64,000 bases of DNA from positions 3,052,524 to 3,116,523 of the forward strand of contig MU053873.1 of the NCBI GenBank assembly GCA_013239625.1, given 5' to 3'. Position numbers and translations under genes: made by a program. Below, piece after piece: positions 12,431 through 24,789 of the stretch. Origin of the DNA: Lama guanicoe (Eukaryota). The first letter of the stretch is position 1. The number at the start of each line of letters is the position of its first letter. Below the pieces are notes generated by a model. It did no database searches. It was not told where the DNA came from and saw only the letters and a list, made by a program, of their open reading frames with translations.

Positions 12431-13499
12431 TATTAACTTTGCCAAGGCAAGGCAACTGGGGCACTTCTGGGGTGGCAGTTAGACTCAGTCTCTTTTGGGT
12501 AATTACTGGGCCAATTCAGGATTCTCCTCTTTCACTCCCTTTCCTTATCCCTGGGTGCCATTTGAGTCCAGAGAAGGCTTCTGTCTCAGCCTCTGCCAGC
12601 CCCCTGCCAGGTCTCAGGGGTCCCCTCCGCCTGGATCGTCCCTGAAGCTGTCAGGCCCACACACCATTCTTCTTGGTTCTGGGTGGGAGGGTTTGATTTT
12701 ACTTCTCCCCAGGGAGCTCCACATGGCTACGTGGCTATTGCTGCTCTGCGGTCGGGGCCATGTTGAACTGCAGGCTTATCTGAGAAGCCAGGGCTCCTGG
12801 GATGCATCTCAACTCACGGGGATGGATTTTAATGGCTCCTGCCTCTTCTTCTCTTCTCTTCTCTTCTTTTGACCCTGGAATCTTTCTCAGGACCCTGCTG
12901 ATTCTTCTTTCCACCCACTGGCATGGAAAAAAGAATTATGCCCTCACCCCTTCTTCTGCACTCTGGTTTAAGCCCCAGGTTCTTGATGTTTGAAGCCAGC
13001 ATCCAGACTTTAAAAAAAAAGAAAAGGAGCGTGTTTTTTCTTCTGCCCAAACATTTGACATTTTCAGTTGAAATCCATGGCTTTCAATGCTGTGGTTTCT
13101 GCTATAGATTCACAAAAGCCTGCCTAAGAACTCAAAGCCAATACTTTGATTCTTAATTCTTTTTTTTTTTGCCTCCTTTCCCTAAGGGCAATCTGATAGG
13201 ATTCCTCACTGCTGCTGGAAAGGTAGGCAAAAGGAAGGGGTACAAGGACTTGAATATAAATATAGTTTTTAATATCAATATATTATGCTGCTCTGGATAC
13301 ATTCGGAATAAGTTACAAAATCCACAGATCAAGAGGATTCTATCTCCCATGCAAAAAAAAAATGATGGTGTAAACACAAGCTGTACGTCTCGTCTCACTT
13401 ATTTCCAGAGATGCTCACATATTTGTGACTATGATTCCCAAAGGTACTGCCATCCATCCATCATCCATCATCACCACCCTGGGAAAAGACTCCCTCAGA

Positions 13500-13781
13500 T
13501 TCCAATGACCCTGGACTCTTGCATCTTCCAATATATAGAAAAGCTGCTAAATTCATTAACTTGAGATACCTGCTTTTTCTTTAATTAACAGTAATCTTTT
13601 GATGTTCCTGTTACCTGGTTTTTGTTGCAAAAACTCCAATATATCCTGACCCTTCCCTCACCTCTTCAGACCAGTGTTTCGGAGCTATCTGAGAGGCTAT
13701 CTGCCGGGCTTACGTCCTCTGTGTGTCCATTGAATAAAACATAATTCTCAACTTTAAGGTTGTGCATTTTTTTCAATCGAC
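13500..13781 (+). mobile_element. ERV1 solo LTR, MER41-like (5' boundary uncertain)
   Basis: AATAAAACATAATTCTCAACTTTAAGGTTGTGCATTTTTTTCAATCGACA end (polyA signal, terminal CA) and GAGCTATCTGAGAGGCT block typical of MER41-like LTRs. Confidence 0.65.
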
Positions 13782-14799
13782 AAGACTCAGAGTCCAGGGT
13801 GCACAAGGACAAGCCATGACATGTGTGTTTCCCCAGGAACCAGCAGGGAACATGTCTGGTAGCAGGTAGTCCATAAATATGTCTTGAGCTGGGCATTATC
13901 CACCAATTCATGTAAGGAAAAAGGAATAGGGTGAAGTTAAGGACTTGCCCAAGGTCAAAGGTGCAGGTGGTGTGAGTAAATAAGAGCCTATGAGTGTGAG
14001 ATGGTGCCTGTGAGTATCGAGGGCCTGGGAGTGAGTGTATGATTGTGCAGGGGGCGCGAGGAAGTGTCAGCTTATGAGTGTGTGTGAGAGGTGGCGCGCG
14101 AGTGTGAGGATGGGATGGGGCGGGTGCAAGGAGGAGTGTGGGAGCATACCTGTGTGCCCGAGTGTGTGTGCGGTGAGGGAGTGGGGGCTTCTGGGGAGCA
14201 GGCTTGCCGATGGGCCAACGCCAGAGCCGGGGTGGCAGCCGTGGACGGTGAGAGTCAGACGTGCAGGGAGGAAGGGGAGGGAGGCAGTTCTAGACCCCGC
14301 AAGCTCCTGTTTTCCCCTGGCCAAACATGCTGTGCTTTTCAGGAGCTCAAATCTTAGCAAGAAGCCCATTAAACCTGAGAACAAGGCTAACGCATGCTTT
14401 GTGGACTTTGTATGTCCGAGAGCATGAACGTACACATGTATATGTAGCTAACGGCTATGGAGAGACTGCGTGTGTGAGACAGAGACACAGAGACGGAGAG
14501 ACAGAGAGACAGAGACAGAGGGGGTGGGGAGGGATTAAGAACTACCAGTTAACCCTCTCTGAGGCAGAGATATGATTGATCTTAAAAATACATGGGCCAG
14601 GAGGAGAGCAAAAAAATATATACAAATAAAAGGTTAAAAGTTTTTAATCTCTTAACTTCAGTATTCGGCATGGCTAATTAATCTTTTATGGGCTCTTCAC
14701 AACCAAGTTAGGAAATTAAAAAAGTAGTAAAGATACACTTGGGTGGCGAGGACTGTAGTTCTGGCTGGTAGCTTGCATAGTCCTCTTAATACAATTAAC

Positions 14800-15290
14800 T
14801 CGTCGGACAAATATTTGTTGAGCGTCTATTCATTGCCAGGTCCTGGGGTGGGTATTGGAGAAACAGACGTGAATATGAAAGATTCATTCATTCATTCACT
14901 CGTTCATTCATTTATCAGATTGCCGACTGCCTCCCTGTGGTTCTGCACCAGATACGGAGGCTATCAGAGAAATTCACATCCATACAGTCAACAAATACTC
15001 ACTGATCATTCACTATGCACCTTCCAGAATGACTTATTCATTTAATCATACATTCATTCATTCATCAAATGTATGACTCTGAACCTTGGTTCTGGGGCAG
15101 ACACCAAGGCTCCCATAACAACTCATGCAGGGATATGTCCGGCCATTTGACAAAGGCTCACTGAGCATGTACTATGTGTGGGACAGAATGGCTCCTTCAC
15201 TCATTCAACAAATATTTACTGGAAGGCTGGTCCTTGGTGCTGGGGCCTTGGTGGTGAACAGGACAGACAAAAGTCCTTGCCCTCGAAGCA
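14800..15290 (-). mobile_element. L2 3'-end fragments with (CATT)n tails
   Basis: ACAAATATTTGTTGAGCGTCTA, (ATTC)n runs, CATTCAACAAATATTTACTG. Confidence 0.65.
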
Positions 15291-16219
15291 TCTTGCAGAG
15301 TAGGGGCTTTAGGGGACTAGGGGTCCAAAGGAGAGAGACCATTCCAGGGAATAGGATGGACAGGCTCAGGGGTGACCTGAGGAGCTGATTGTGGGGAGAG
15401 GGGTGGGACCGCATCCTCCAGCTGCCCAGAGCCTGTCTCAATTGCATTCCTCATACGTGAGCATCCACGGAAACCACGATCACTAGGGACCGGGCTGCAC
15501 CCTACCACCACTCCCTGTCTCCTCTCTCAGCCTCAGGCGTAACACTTTGCTCCCTCCAAGTAGTCTGTATTCACTCTAATGCGTGGCTATTTCCGCTTCA
15601 AAAGCCCTGTCAAGGCAAATATCCAGCTCATCCCTCTCCCCTTGGCTTCGCAGAGTCAGTCCTCCTAGCCCGGCGGAGGGGACCACACATCTAATAATAA
15701 CGCTTGACACTGCAGTCAAGACTCACCCGAGCCCCCCATTCCAAGCACACAAATCAACCCCCACACTGGCTTTGCCTCCAGGCCAGCAGCTCCCCTGCAA
15801 GGGCTCTCCTGCAGGAACTCTGGCTCCAGGCAACTTCCCAGGGATTCCATGGTTTATTTTTGCTTGAACAAGCTAATTTTTTCCCCCTCTCTTATTCTCT
15901 CAAGGTTTTGTTCCTGGCACAGTTGCTAGAGATGTTCTGGCTTTGCAGTGAACCGAAATGTTATTCATTGCAGAGGGGAAAAAAAAAAAACCCAAGCAAA
16001 GACTGCAGTTTCCCATAAAATACGGTTTTCATCATCAGGAAAAAGCTGTGGTAAGGAATGGAAGTACAAACTTTTCACTCTTGTGACAATGTGCTTCCCA
16101 TTTGCCTCTGGAGTCTACTTAGGGTCCAGCCACCAGTAGGCTTGTCAGGCACAGAAGTCAAGGAGACCACTGGACTGAGACACAGCCCAGTAGAGGGGTC
16201 TCCAAACAGTAGCTGGTTG

Positions 16220-17640
16220 ATTGATTCAATAAATATTTACTGAGGCACTGTGCTAGGTGCTAGCAATACACTGATAAGCAGAACAGATGAGCTCCCAGAC
16301 TTTATAAATCTTACAGTCGTGGGGAAGAGACACACTATGAAAAATTACCCAACAGCACACGGAATGAGAGAAATGTTTGAAACTTGTATACCTGACAGGG
16401 GTTAATATCCAGCATATATAAAGAACACTTACAACTCAACAATAGAACCAACAACCTGATTCAAAAAGTGGCAAAGGACTTGCATAGCTATTTCTCCAAA
16501 GATAATACACAAATGGTCAGTAAGGCCGTGAAAAGATGCTCACCACCACTAACCATTAGGGAAATGCAAATCAAAGCCACAAGGAGATACCACCTTGAAC
16601 GCATTAGTACAGCTACTTTCCAGAAAACAAGTGTTGGTGAAGAGGCGGAGAAATTGGAGCCCTCGTGCACTGCCGGTGGGAATGTAAAATAAGTCAGTCA
16701 CATACACACCAATACTGCACGATTCTACATACACAAGATACCTAGAGTAGTCAAGTTCATAGAGACAAAAGGAGAATTGTCATTGCTGGGGGCTGGGGGA
16801 GGGGGGTTGTGTAAGGAAGCAGAGCTTACATTCCACAAGATGCGGAGGGTTCCAGAGACGGATGGTGGTGATGGTGACATGACAGCGTGAAGCTACTTAA
16901 TGTTACAAAACTATACACTTTAAAAATGGGGAAAACGGTAACTTTTCTGTCATTTTACCACAATTACAAAAAAATTACCCAAAGGCATGGTTTTAAACTG
17001 TAACAAGTGCTATGTGGGAAAAGCACAGGGAGCCATGACCAGGTCTAACAAGGAGGTTTCCAGATCCTGTCTGGTGAACGGTCAGGGAAGACGTCCCTGA
17101 AGAGGAGACACTGCAGCTGAGACCTGGAGGGGGAGGAGGGTTCAGAAATCAAAGAGGGAGGAAGGGAACTGCCGGCAGAAGGAGCAGCATGGGAAAGGCA
17201 GGCTTTCTGTGGGTTGGGCAGATTTATAAAAGGCGAGATGCTACAGCAGGAGGCAAGATGGAAGAGGCAGAGAAGACCAGAGGATTTCTGTCTCCAGAGT
17301 CCACTGGGAAATCACTGGAAAGTTATAACCAGATTCGGCATGACTAGACTCTTCCTTCTAGGAGCTGACTCCAACTTCATTAACAAGAGAGCTCTCCTGC
17401 AGAATGGACTGGAGGGATGGGAGCAGAGGGAGGGTGACCAATGAAGAGGTTATTACCAGAGCCCAGCCCAGAGATGCTGGTGGATTGACATCTGGAGGTG
17501 GCAATGGGGTGGAGAGAAGGGGGGCAGATTCAAGAGAGAGTTTTGAGGGGAGACAGGTCAGTAGCTGGCGATGAGTAGATGGCCCTTGTGAACAAGGAAC
17601 TGGGAGCCAAGTCTCTGACGCAGCACCTGTGATCCGAGGT
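16220..17640 (-). mobile_element. L2 LINE fragment split by an L1 insertion
   Basis: ATTCAATAAATATTTACTGAGGCACTGTGCTAGGTGCT start; purine-rich antisense L2 body resumes after 16982. Confidence 0.75.
16353..16969 (+). mobile_element. 5'-truncated, internally deleted LINE-1 (L1MB-like 3' end) with 13-bp TSD
   Basis: ORF2 motifs (IREMQIKATRRYHL, GEEAEKLEPSCTAGGNVK); 3'UTR GATGGTGGTGATGG...TACACTTTAAAAATGG; TSD AAAAATTACCCAA at 16340-16352 and 16970-16982. Confidence 0.85.
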
Positions 17641-18521
17641 GGGTAAGAAGATGCACTGGAAACAAGCCATGAGGTCAGAAACAAAAGCCAGGAAGGGAAC
17701 AGGGGCTGGGGCAAGGGGATCAGGAGTGAGCACACCCACAGCCCCCCGCCCCATGCTGGAGTCTGCTTGATTGCATTCCGTGGTACCAAGGCAGGCCTGA
17801 TACCCAGGAGGCTGGAACATCTCTGTGTTTACTGAAGCTGCAGCAGCCAATCCTGCAAGACACTGGAACAACCTAGAGGGACCGGCCGGCATGAGGCTAT
17901 TGTGGAAAAATTGTGAAGACTGGCTCTGTTTAGGTGGGTGCCCTAAGCGTCCTATTCTTATCTTACAGTGCTGAGCTCGTGAGAACTAATGATCACCGAA
18001 AGCTTTCTGCGCTGCTATAGTAACCCTTCCAGGCGATGGAAGCGAGATCCTATAAGGATGGAGGAGATGAAATTGACAGTATCTGAAAGAAAGATGGTTT
18101 CCACGACCCTGGGGAACAAATCTCTATCTAGGTTTATTAAAAACTTGCACGGCTACTCTATGACGAACGTGTTTGACTTGTGTGAAAAAAAACAATAAAG
18201 AGAGAAATCCACTCTTGGGCTCATTCATTGCCAGAGGCCTCTTGTATCAATGCAAAAAGCATCGGAGGTGGGCAGATATTAAGATTCTTTAAATTGTTTA
18301 TGACGTTTGTTGCAGTAACTGTACTTCTGAGATTCTTTCTTCATGAAATAATCCTAAATGTGAAATAAAAGACACGAGGATGGTAGCAGCAGCAGTACTT
18401 GTAACGGGTGAAAAATTGAAAACAGCCTAACTGTCCAAAACAGGGGCTAATAAATCCTGCCCCATTCCACTCATAATAGAATATCATGTAGCCACTCAAA
18501 CTGATGATTACAAAGTATATA

Positions 18522-18598
18522 TGCCAACGGGGCAAGGCTCGGAACACACTGCAATGCCTTTGCCAACGGGGCAAGGCTCGGAACACACTGCAATGCCT
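18522..18598. repeat. Perfect tandem duplication, 2 x 38 bp (period 39)
   Basis: TGCCAACGGGGCAAGGCTCGGAACACACTGCAATGCCT at 18522-18559 and 18561-18598. Confidence 0.97.
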
Positions 18599-18944
18599 GT
18601 GTAACTGATCTCAAGCACAGAAAGACGAATCTGCAACAGCAAAAACAATGGTCTGAACAAAACCAATAAAACTGGAAATGTTATCAAAACATTAACCACT
18701 CTTGTGTTGCAGTGATGGAACTGCCAATACCGTTCTTACTTCTGCTTTAATTTATGCAACAGTATTTCTCTAGTGTGTGTGCATTTGATAATGGGGAAAG
18801 TGATTTTTTTATTAAAAAAAAAAACTTTTCCAGTTAGCTTGATACTGGGACATAGCCTGAGCTCTTCAAGAAGCCAGGTCTTCAAATGAGGATGGATGTA
18901 GGGTTCAAGGTGAGGGAACGGGTGAAAGCAGGGCAGGGAGGTGT

Positions 18945-19210
18945 GGTTCACGGTGATCATGAACCTGGCTGCGGGGCTGGCGTTAGACGGGGCTTGAGTC
19001 TAGGGGAGGCATCTTGCCAACTCCGCAACCTGGTGTGAGTGACTCAGCCTCTCGGTGAGGTTTCTTTCCTGACTGCCATGTGAAAGGGAAAGTAACACCC
19101 GCTTCAGAGGGCTTGTGAGGATTATTTGAAATGATACGAGTAACAACTTAACAGTATGCCTGGCTTGGGGACTGCCCTCCATAGACATTAGTTATTATTA
19201 CTATTATGAT
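18945..19210 (+). mobile_element. MIR SINE
   Basis: GGGCTTGTGAGGATTATTTGAAATGATAC...AACAGTATGCCTGGC...TTAGTTATTATTA 3' end. Confidence 0.7.
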
Positions 19211-20084
19211 TACCAAGAGACAAGCTTCAAGGATATCTGTAGAAACTGTTGACAGTCAAAGAATCCAGATCTCATCGGTCCAAGACAAGCAGGCTGCGTA
19301 GGCGTTTTGCTCTGAAAGGAGACTGAAGTTGCTGTCGACTCTCCAGGGAGCTTTGTGAAGAGAGGTCATGGTGTGTGGTTGAGGCAGCGATCCGGGCGAA
19401 GGGCCACCCACCTTCCCAAGGGCATCTACGAAAGGGTTCACATCAAGTGGGCTCATGCTGACTGTCATGCCATGGAGAAATGCCTGACTGAGGCCACTTT
19501 AGCATTTCCCTGGCTGCAAAAAAGTCTTTTCCTCCGTCTGGGGGACACAATCTTGCACTTCTGTAGCTCTGTACAAACTGTGTCCGTCCCTTTGAATGTG
19601 CCTCTCTCTCATTCCACCTACTGTGAACGCCTACGCTGCCTTCAAAACTTGGCTCCAATGTCACCTCCTCTGGGAAGCCTTCCTTGAATGCACTGCCTTA
19701 AAATTAATCACTTCTCATGGATAAATGCCTTTGTGCCTTGTACACTGTTAGAGACAAACGTACTTCAGTTACAACCGGTCCATTGCTTCTCCTTTGCAGC
19801 TCTTGTCAGAACTATACCAAAACAACTCATTACAGAACTGTCTAGTGCCTCTGTAAAGGCAGGGATCACGTCTCTCTTGTCATGGCTGTTTTCCTTAGCA
19901 GTCCCTGGGACATAGGAGTTGTTTAATCAATACTGAATAGATCAGTTAATGAATGAAGAACACTTTTTACCTTCTTGGTTGCTCAGTTTTATGTCTTCCA
20001 CAGAACAGGTTTTCTCAGACCCAAGGAAAGCTCTGTCCGGGCTGGGACTGTGTTTGTCTTGTTCATTACTCTCTCTCCCATCCT

Positions 20085-20290
20085 GGACTTGGAGGGTGCG
20101 CTGCCCAGACCCCGCACCTGTGCTGTTAGCCGTCCGCTCTCAGCCCCTGCAGGGACATCACAGCTGCAGAGAGCTGCCTTGTCCAAGGTCACAGCCTTCC
20201 ACAGCGACCACGCCAGTGACTGGTAGTTGTGGGGAGTTAAGGTCTGATGCAATTTGGGACAGTGCTGGGAGGTCATCCCTTGGAGGCACT
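20085..20290 (+). mobile_element. LTR16-like ERVL LTR fragment
   Basis: GTGCGCTGCCCAGACCCC...CAGCTGCAGAGAGCTGCCTTGTCCAAGGTCAC. Confidence 0.6.
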
Positions 20291-21419
20291 GAGTAGCTAT
20301 TTGCTAAGTACTTCCTGAGCGAATAGATGGATGGGTGACTCCCCCTCTGACAGAATGGCTGCTGTCTCCCTCTCTGCCTCTCCCTTCAGCCCATGAGGTC
20401 TCCACAGGAGCCACTGTGTTTCCTTCATCTCTGAAATCTAAGCGGCCAGCACCACACACGGTGTACAGCAGATGCCCCACAAGTGTTGGAGGACTGATGG
20501 CTACATGAGCCCCAGAGGTGGGCCAGGAGTCCTGTTTCTAGAATGGTCAGGAGAGATTGGTGAGTTTCTTCCTCTGCTTTCCTTCCCCAAACCTCTTCCC
20601 CTACTGCTTGTTTGAGGAACACATGCTGGGTCGGAACACATCTGAGGTTGGTAATAGTAAACGCCACTTTAGAAATGACTTCCATTACTTGTGGTCAATT
20701 TGAGGCTTGCAGGTCATAGAAACAGGTCTCAGCAGGCTCAGAGTGATGGGGGGTCAGCGCAAATTGATTCTGGCAATTAACACGGCAGTTCTCCAAAGCC
20801 CAGGCCCAAGAGAGGCTGCCCCTCCCACCGCAGCCTGAGCCAGGCTGGTCCAGAGGAGATCAGAGCAGTAGATAGCGAACCAGGCTTTGGGGACGCCCTG
20901 TGGGCTATCTCCCAGCTGTGTGATCTCGGGCAAACGACTGCTCCCCACAGAACCTCAGTTACTTCCGCTGTAAAATGAGGCCAGTCCAGCCCTCCTCCAG
21001 GCCAGAAGAGAACGGTAACCATCACAGGCTAAAGTCTGATTCAGAGACATGCGGTCCGAATTCCCACTTTGCCCTTGGCTCAGCTGTGTGACCTTGAGCA
21101 AGACGCTCACCTTCTCTGAGCGTCCATCATTTTCACCTGTAAAATGGGACTGGTACTGCCTTTTCTTAGAAGTCATCACGGGAACTAAGATACCGTGTGT
21201 AGCACACTTGGTGCATGGCCTGACTCTGAGCGCAGGTTTAACGCAAGTTGGCTACTGTAATCATTCAAGTTATGAATGCAGTTCTGTTGCCGAGGCAATT
21301 ATTTCGCAGCCTCTGTGGAGTCCACAAAGCAGCTGACTGAGGCTGTACCGTGTCCCCATCACCGGCTGGCCCGGTTATTTCTTACCAACCTGGATTATTC
21401 GATTTTTTAAAAAAAAATT

Positions 21420-22140
21420 ACACTTCAATTTTCTCTGATTATATAAGTAACACATGTTCATTGTAGTACAATTGGAAACCACCGAAAAGCACAAAGAAGC
21501 AAATAAATATCACCCAGAGATAAACACTGCTAACACTCTGGCTTATGTTTCCTGCTGTCTATATTCTATGCCACATCCACATATGTAAGTGTATGTAAAT
21601 ACTGGTGCTTCCTCCCTTAAGTTGGGTCATATGGTATCACGCGGGAGAAATCAGATTGTTACCTGTCTTTTTCACCAAACAGGTTATGGACAGTTTCCGG
21701 TGTAATTAAATATTCTTCAAAAATGTCATTTTTAATCATTTCTTAGGATTCTATTTTATGGATAGATGCTACTTATTGAACAGCTTCCCCATTAAGTTTT
21801 CTTTTCACCCCTAATTTCACTATGAGAAACAGTACAGTGATAAACACCTATATGGCTACATGTTTGTAGGCTCCCTCAAAATACTTGTAGGACAAATTCC
21901 TCAAGGGGAATTTCTGGGTGGGAAGATATTTTAGGCACGATTCATGCATCCACGGTTCCTATGCAATATGATCTATTCATACATTAGATATCAACATGAT
22001 TTCTGACTATTCTGTTGCCAAAATGCCTCCTAGAAAGGGTTACCGACTTGCATGCTTTCTAATTATTTCATGAGTGTACATTTCCTCATATCATGCCAAT
22101 GTTGGCTACCAGCATTTTTAAAAAGCTTTGCCTAATGTAT
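21420..22140 (-). mobile_element. Very old LINE-1 3' fragment (L1ME-like)
   Basis: TGATTATATAAGTAACACATGTTCATTGTAG...CCCAGAGATAAACACTGCTAACAC...GGACAAATTCCTCAAGGGGAATTTCTGGGT. Confidence 0.7.
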
Positions 22141-22254
22141 GTTTTTAAAATACAAAAATCAATCCATACTGGGTTTCATCACCAGCTCTCTGTGGGACCT
22201 TGGTAAGTCACACCCCCACTTTGGGCTTCAGTATCTTTATCTATCAAATGAAGG

Positions 22255-22740
22255 GGCAAACAGTCAAAGAATTCCTTTGGCTGCAAGTGACAGAAGCCAC
22301 ATCCAACTGGCTTAAGGCAATAACAATCACTTATTGGTTCAAGCAACTAGAAAGTTTAGGGAGTAGAGCTTCAGACACAGCTGCACCCAGGACTCAAACA
22401 ACGTCATTGAGAAGCGGTTGTTTCTGTCATCCAGAGGTTCTGTTTTGGTTTGCTTCTCGGGAAAGCACCCTCCATGTACTCATCTCTGGCACTTCCAGGC
22501 TGACATTCTCCCAGCTTGGCAGCACCTCTTCTGTAATAGAGTCCCAAGACTCATTCTGATTGGGCCAGCTTGAGTCATGGGCCCACTGTAAACCAATCAC
22601 TGTGGAGAAGGGGGCTGGACTATGCTGATTGACCAGATCTAGATCTTGGACTCCCCCTACAGGTAGGGAATGATGGCTCCCCAGTGGAAACCCAAATGGA
22701 ATAACCAGAGCAGGTAGAATTAATGTTAAGCAGGCAAATC
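22255..22740. mobile_element. MLT1-type MaLR solo LTR (old subfamily)
   Basis: TTTGGCTGCAAGTGACAGAAGCCACATCCAACTGGCTTAAG and CTGATTGGGCCAGCTTGAGTCATG...AACCAATCACTGTGG. Confidence 0.75.
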
Positions 22741-23139
22741 AGACCCGAACCTCTGAGGATCATCCATCACTCCTGACATTCCAGGAGTCCGGGAAATCCT
22801 GGTTTCCCCCAGCACGTTTCCTGCAGAGGTTTTGCATACCTGCTTTCTCCACGGCCAATGTCTCCTGCCCATTAAACTCATGGGTGCCTTGTTTCGGCAG
22901 TGGAGCAGAGGGGAGGATAATTACCATATAGATTTATGGACCTCTGCTCAACAAACAGGGCCCTTTCCCCGCGAAGGCACAAAGCCAGCCTCATAAATAT
23001 TAATCAGAAGGAAACAGCAATCAACTCAAGTGGGAGAGGAAATGGCAAATTGCTTTTTCCTCTCTAGGACATAAAAGCAACATTTATTTGTTGCGTGACC
23101 AGAGGATATGTGGTGGGCTGCCTGCCTCCCCTACATGTC

Positions 23140-23450
23140 AATGATAATAATAATAGCAACTACTATTTATAAGGTACCTACTATGTGCTGTACTTAAATG
23201 CGGCATTTTGGAGGGTGGGTATAGCTCAGTGGTAGAGTGTGTGCTTAGCATGCATGAGGTTCTAGGTTCTCCGTTTAAAAAATGTGGCCTTTCAAGCACT
23301 TTAATTTTAACTCCTATTTTACAGATGAGGAAACTGAGGCTCTGGAAGTTTAAGTCACATGCCCAGGAAGATAGAGCCAACATACAGCTGAGCCAGGATT
23401 CAAACCCAGTCTACCTGCTCTCAACATCTGAATCATTTCCATTTAACAGG
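23140..23450 (-). mobile_element. MIR SINE interrupted by a Vic-1-like SINE
   Basis: CTATTTTACAGATGAGGAAACTGAGGC core and AGCCAGGATTCAAACCCAG. Confidence 0.85.
23209..23279 (+). mobile_element. tRNA-derived short SINE, Vic-1-like, shortened at the 3' end, with degenerate TSD
   Basis: GGAGGGTGGGTATAGCTCAGTGGTAGAGTGTGTGCTTAGCATGCATGAGGTTCTAGGTTC; flanks AAATGCGGCATTT (23196-23208) and AAATGTGGCCTTT (23280-23292). Confidence 0.88.
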
Positions 23451-23817
23451 CTGCCTCGGGCCCCTCCGGAGGGAAGAACTTGACTTAAGAAGTCTTAGGG
23501 ATATCATAAATCAGACTTCTGTTTTATATCAGGAACATCAGAGGGAGTAGCAGAGAGTGGGTGCTTTCGTAAAAAGTTGTCAACATGTGGACTTCATAGC
23601 CTGAAGGTTCTGGAAAGATCTGCTCTCACTTCGGCTTTGGGCAGGAGCCAGGTGTGCGGCTTATACACTTTGTCTTCATTTTACATCTCCAACAACTGTG
23701 CCATTTAATCAGTCTCAGGCCCAATTTACAGATGAGGACATTGAGGCCAGAGGGATGCACCGAGGCCAGATCCCCAACTTTCATTCATTTCTTCAATGAA
23801 TTTAACTCCATGTTGAA

Positions 23818-24481
23818 GTAAATACCTAACGGAATCTTAGCCAACTTCCTCTTACCCAACTTGCCAGGTTTACAGATACTCATTCTCTCTATAAGACATG
23901 ATGACGGATGCCCACCATCCACTGATGGCTGGAAGACACCACTCTTATTCGCAGAATAACTGGTACCCCCGCAGCCGAGTTGCACCCTTTCTCCAAGTCA
24001 GCTGTATCTGTTCCCAAACCTGTTTCTGCCAGCTGTACTTGTTATTATAATTATACAATTTAATTAAGTAAACTGATTACACTAAATGTAGTGTGAAAAG
24101 AAAGGAAAATGTTTCCATGAATAGGAAACTCAGTGCTATACAAAGACTCAGGGAAAAGGAGCGTTCCTGGGGTGGCGGAGGGCGGGGGGACCTGCTATCA
24201 GATCAGGTGTGGGAGGCGACTGTTACTGTTCAGAGTCAATGCATTTCACCCAGCGGTGGCTTTGCAAGAAAAATGACATGAAGCTCCAACAGCAATAAAA
24301 TGCTCAGGGAAAAAAAGCCTTACTTTCCGTCATAAGATTAGTGAATCTATGCACACGCCTCTGAGTTTAAAAAAAAAAAAGTGTTACGGAATTTATCATT
24401 TTCATTCTGTTTTAACCATGTTTCTTTTGATTAGTTGGTGAATAACCGGCCCTATTGGGTTTGGTAAGAGGATGTCTCTGG
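23818..24481 (+). mobile_element. TcMar-Tigger fossil (Tigger13-like) with a transposase N-terminal remnant
   Basis: ORF 24093-24281 begins KRKENVSMNRKLSAIQRL, resembling a pogo/Tigger/CENP-B N-terminal HTH; ends resemble Tigger13 termini as recalled. Confidence 0.6.
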
Positions 24482-24789
24482 ATACCCAAGATAAGCAGTT
24501 GCAGAAGGATGTGGAGAGATAGGACATGAAGGAAATCAACACACTGGAAATGAACTCATACTTCTGCCCTTTCCCCCACCACAAACACTTCCCTTCTTTG
24601 GGAAGGACCAATGGTACCTGCCCCTGCTGAGATGCTTAAGCCAAAACCAGATGTCATCACGGACTCCTCACCTCCTTTGCCCATGCCAAAGTCCTGCTGG
24701 CACCATCTCCTCAACCCACCCTGCCCTCCCTCCAACCCTCTTTCCTCTCCCTCCTTTCTTCTCTCATTTATTTCCAACCTTCCTCCCTC

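Noticed and set aside
13500..13781. Interferon-inducible enhancer in the MER41-like LTR
   Set aside because: I found no intact TTCnnnGAA GAS site in this copy
18522..18598. CRISPR-like direct repeat
   Set aside because: Only two adjacent copies, no spacer, no cas genes, mammalian context
23209..23279. tRNA gene-like sequence (also 7582-7687)
   Set aside because: TSDs, A-rich tails and an incomplete cloverleaf indicate SINE copies
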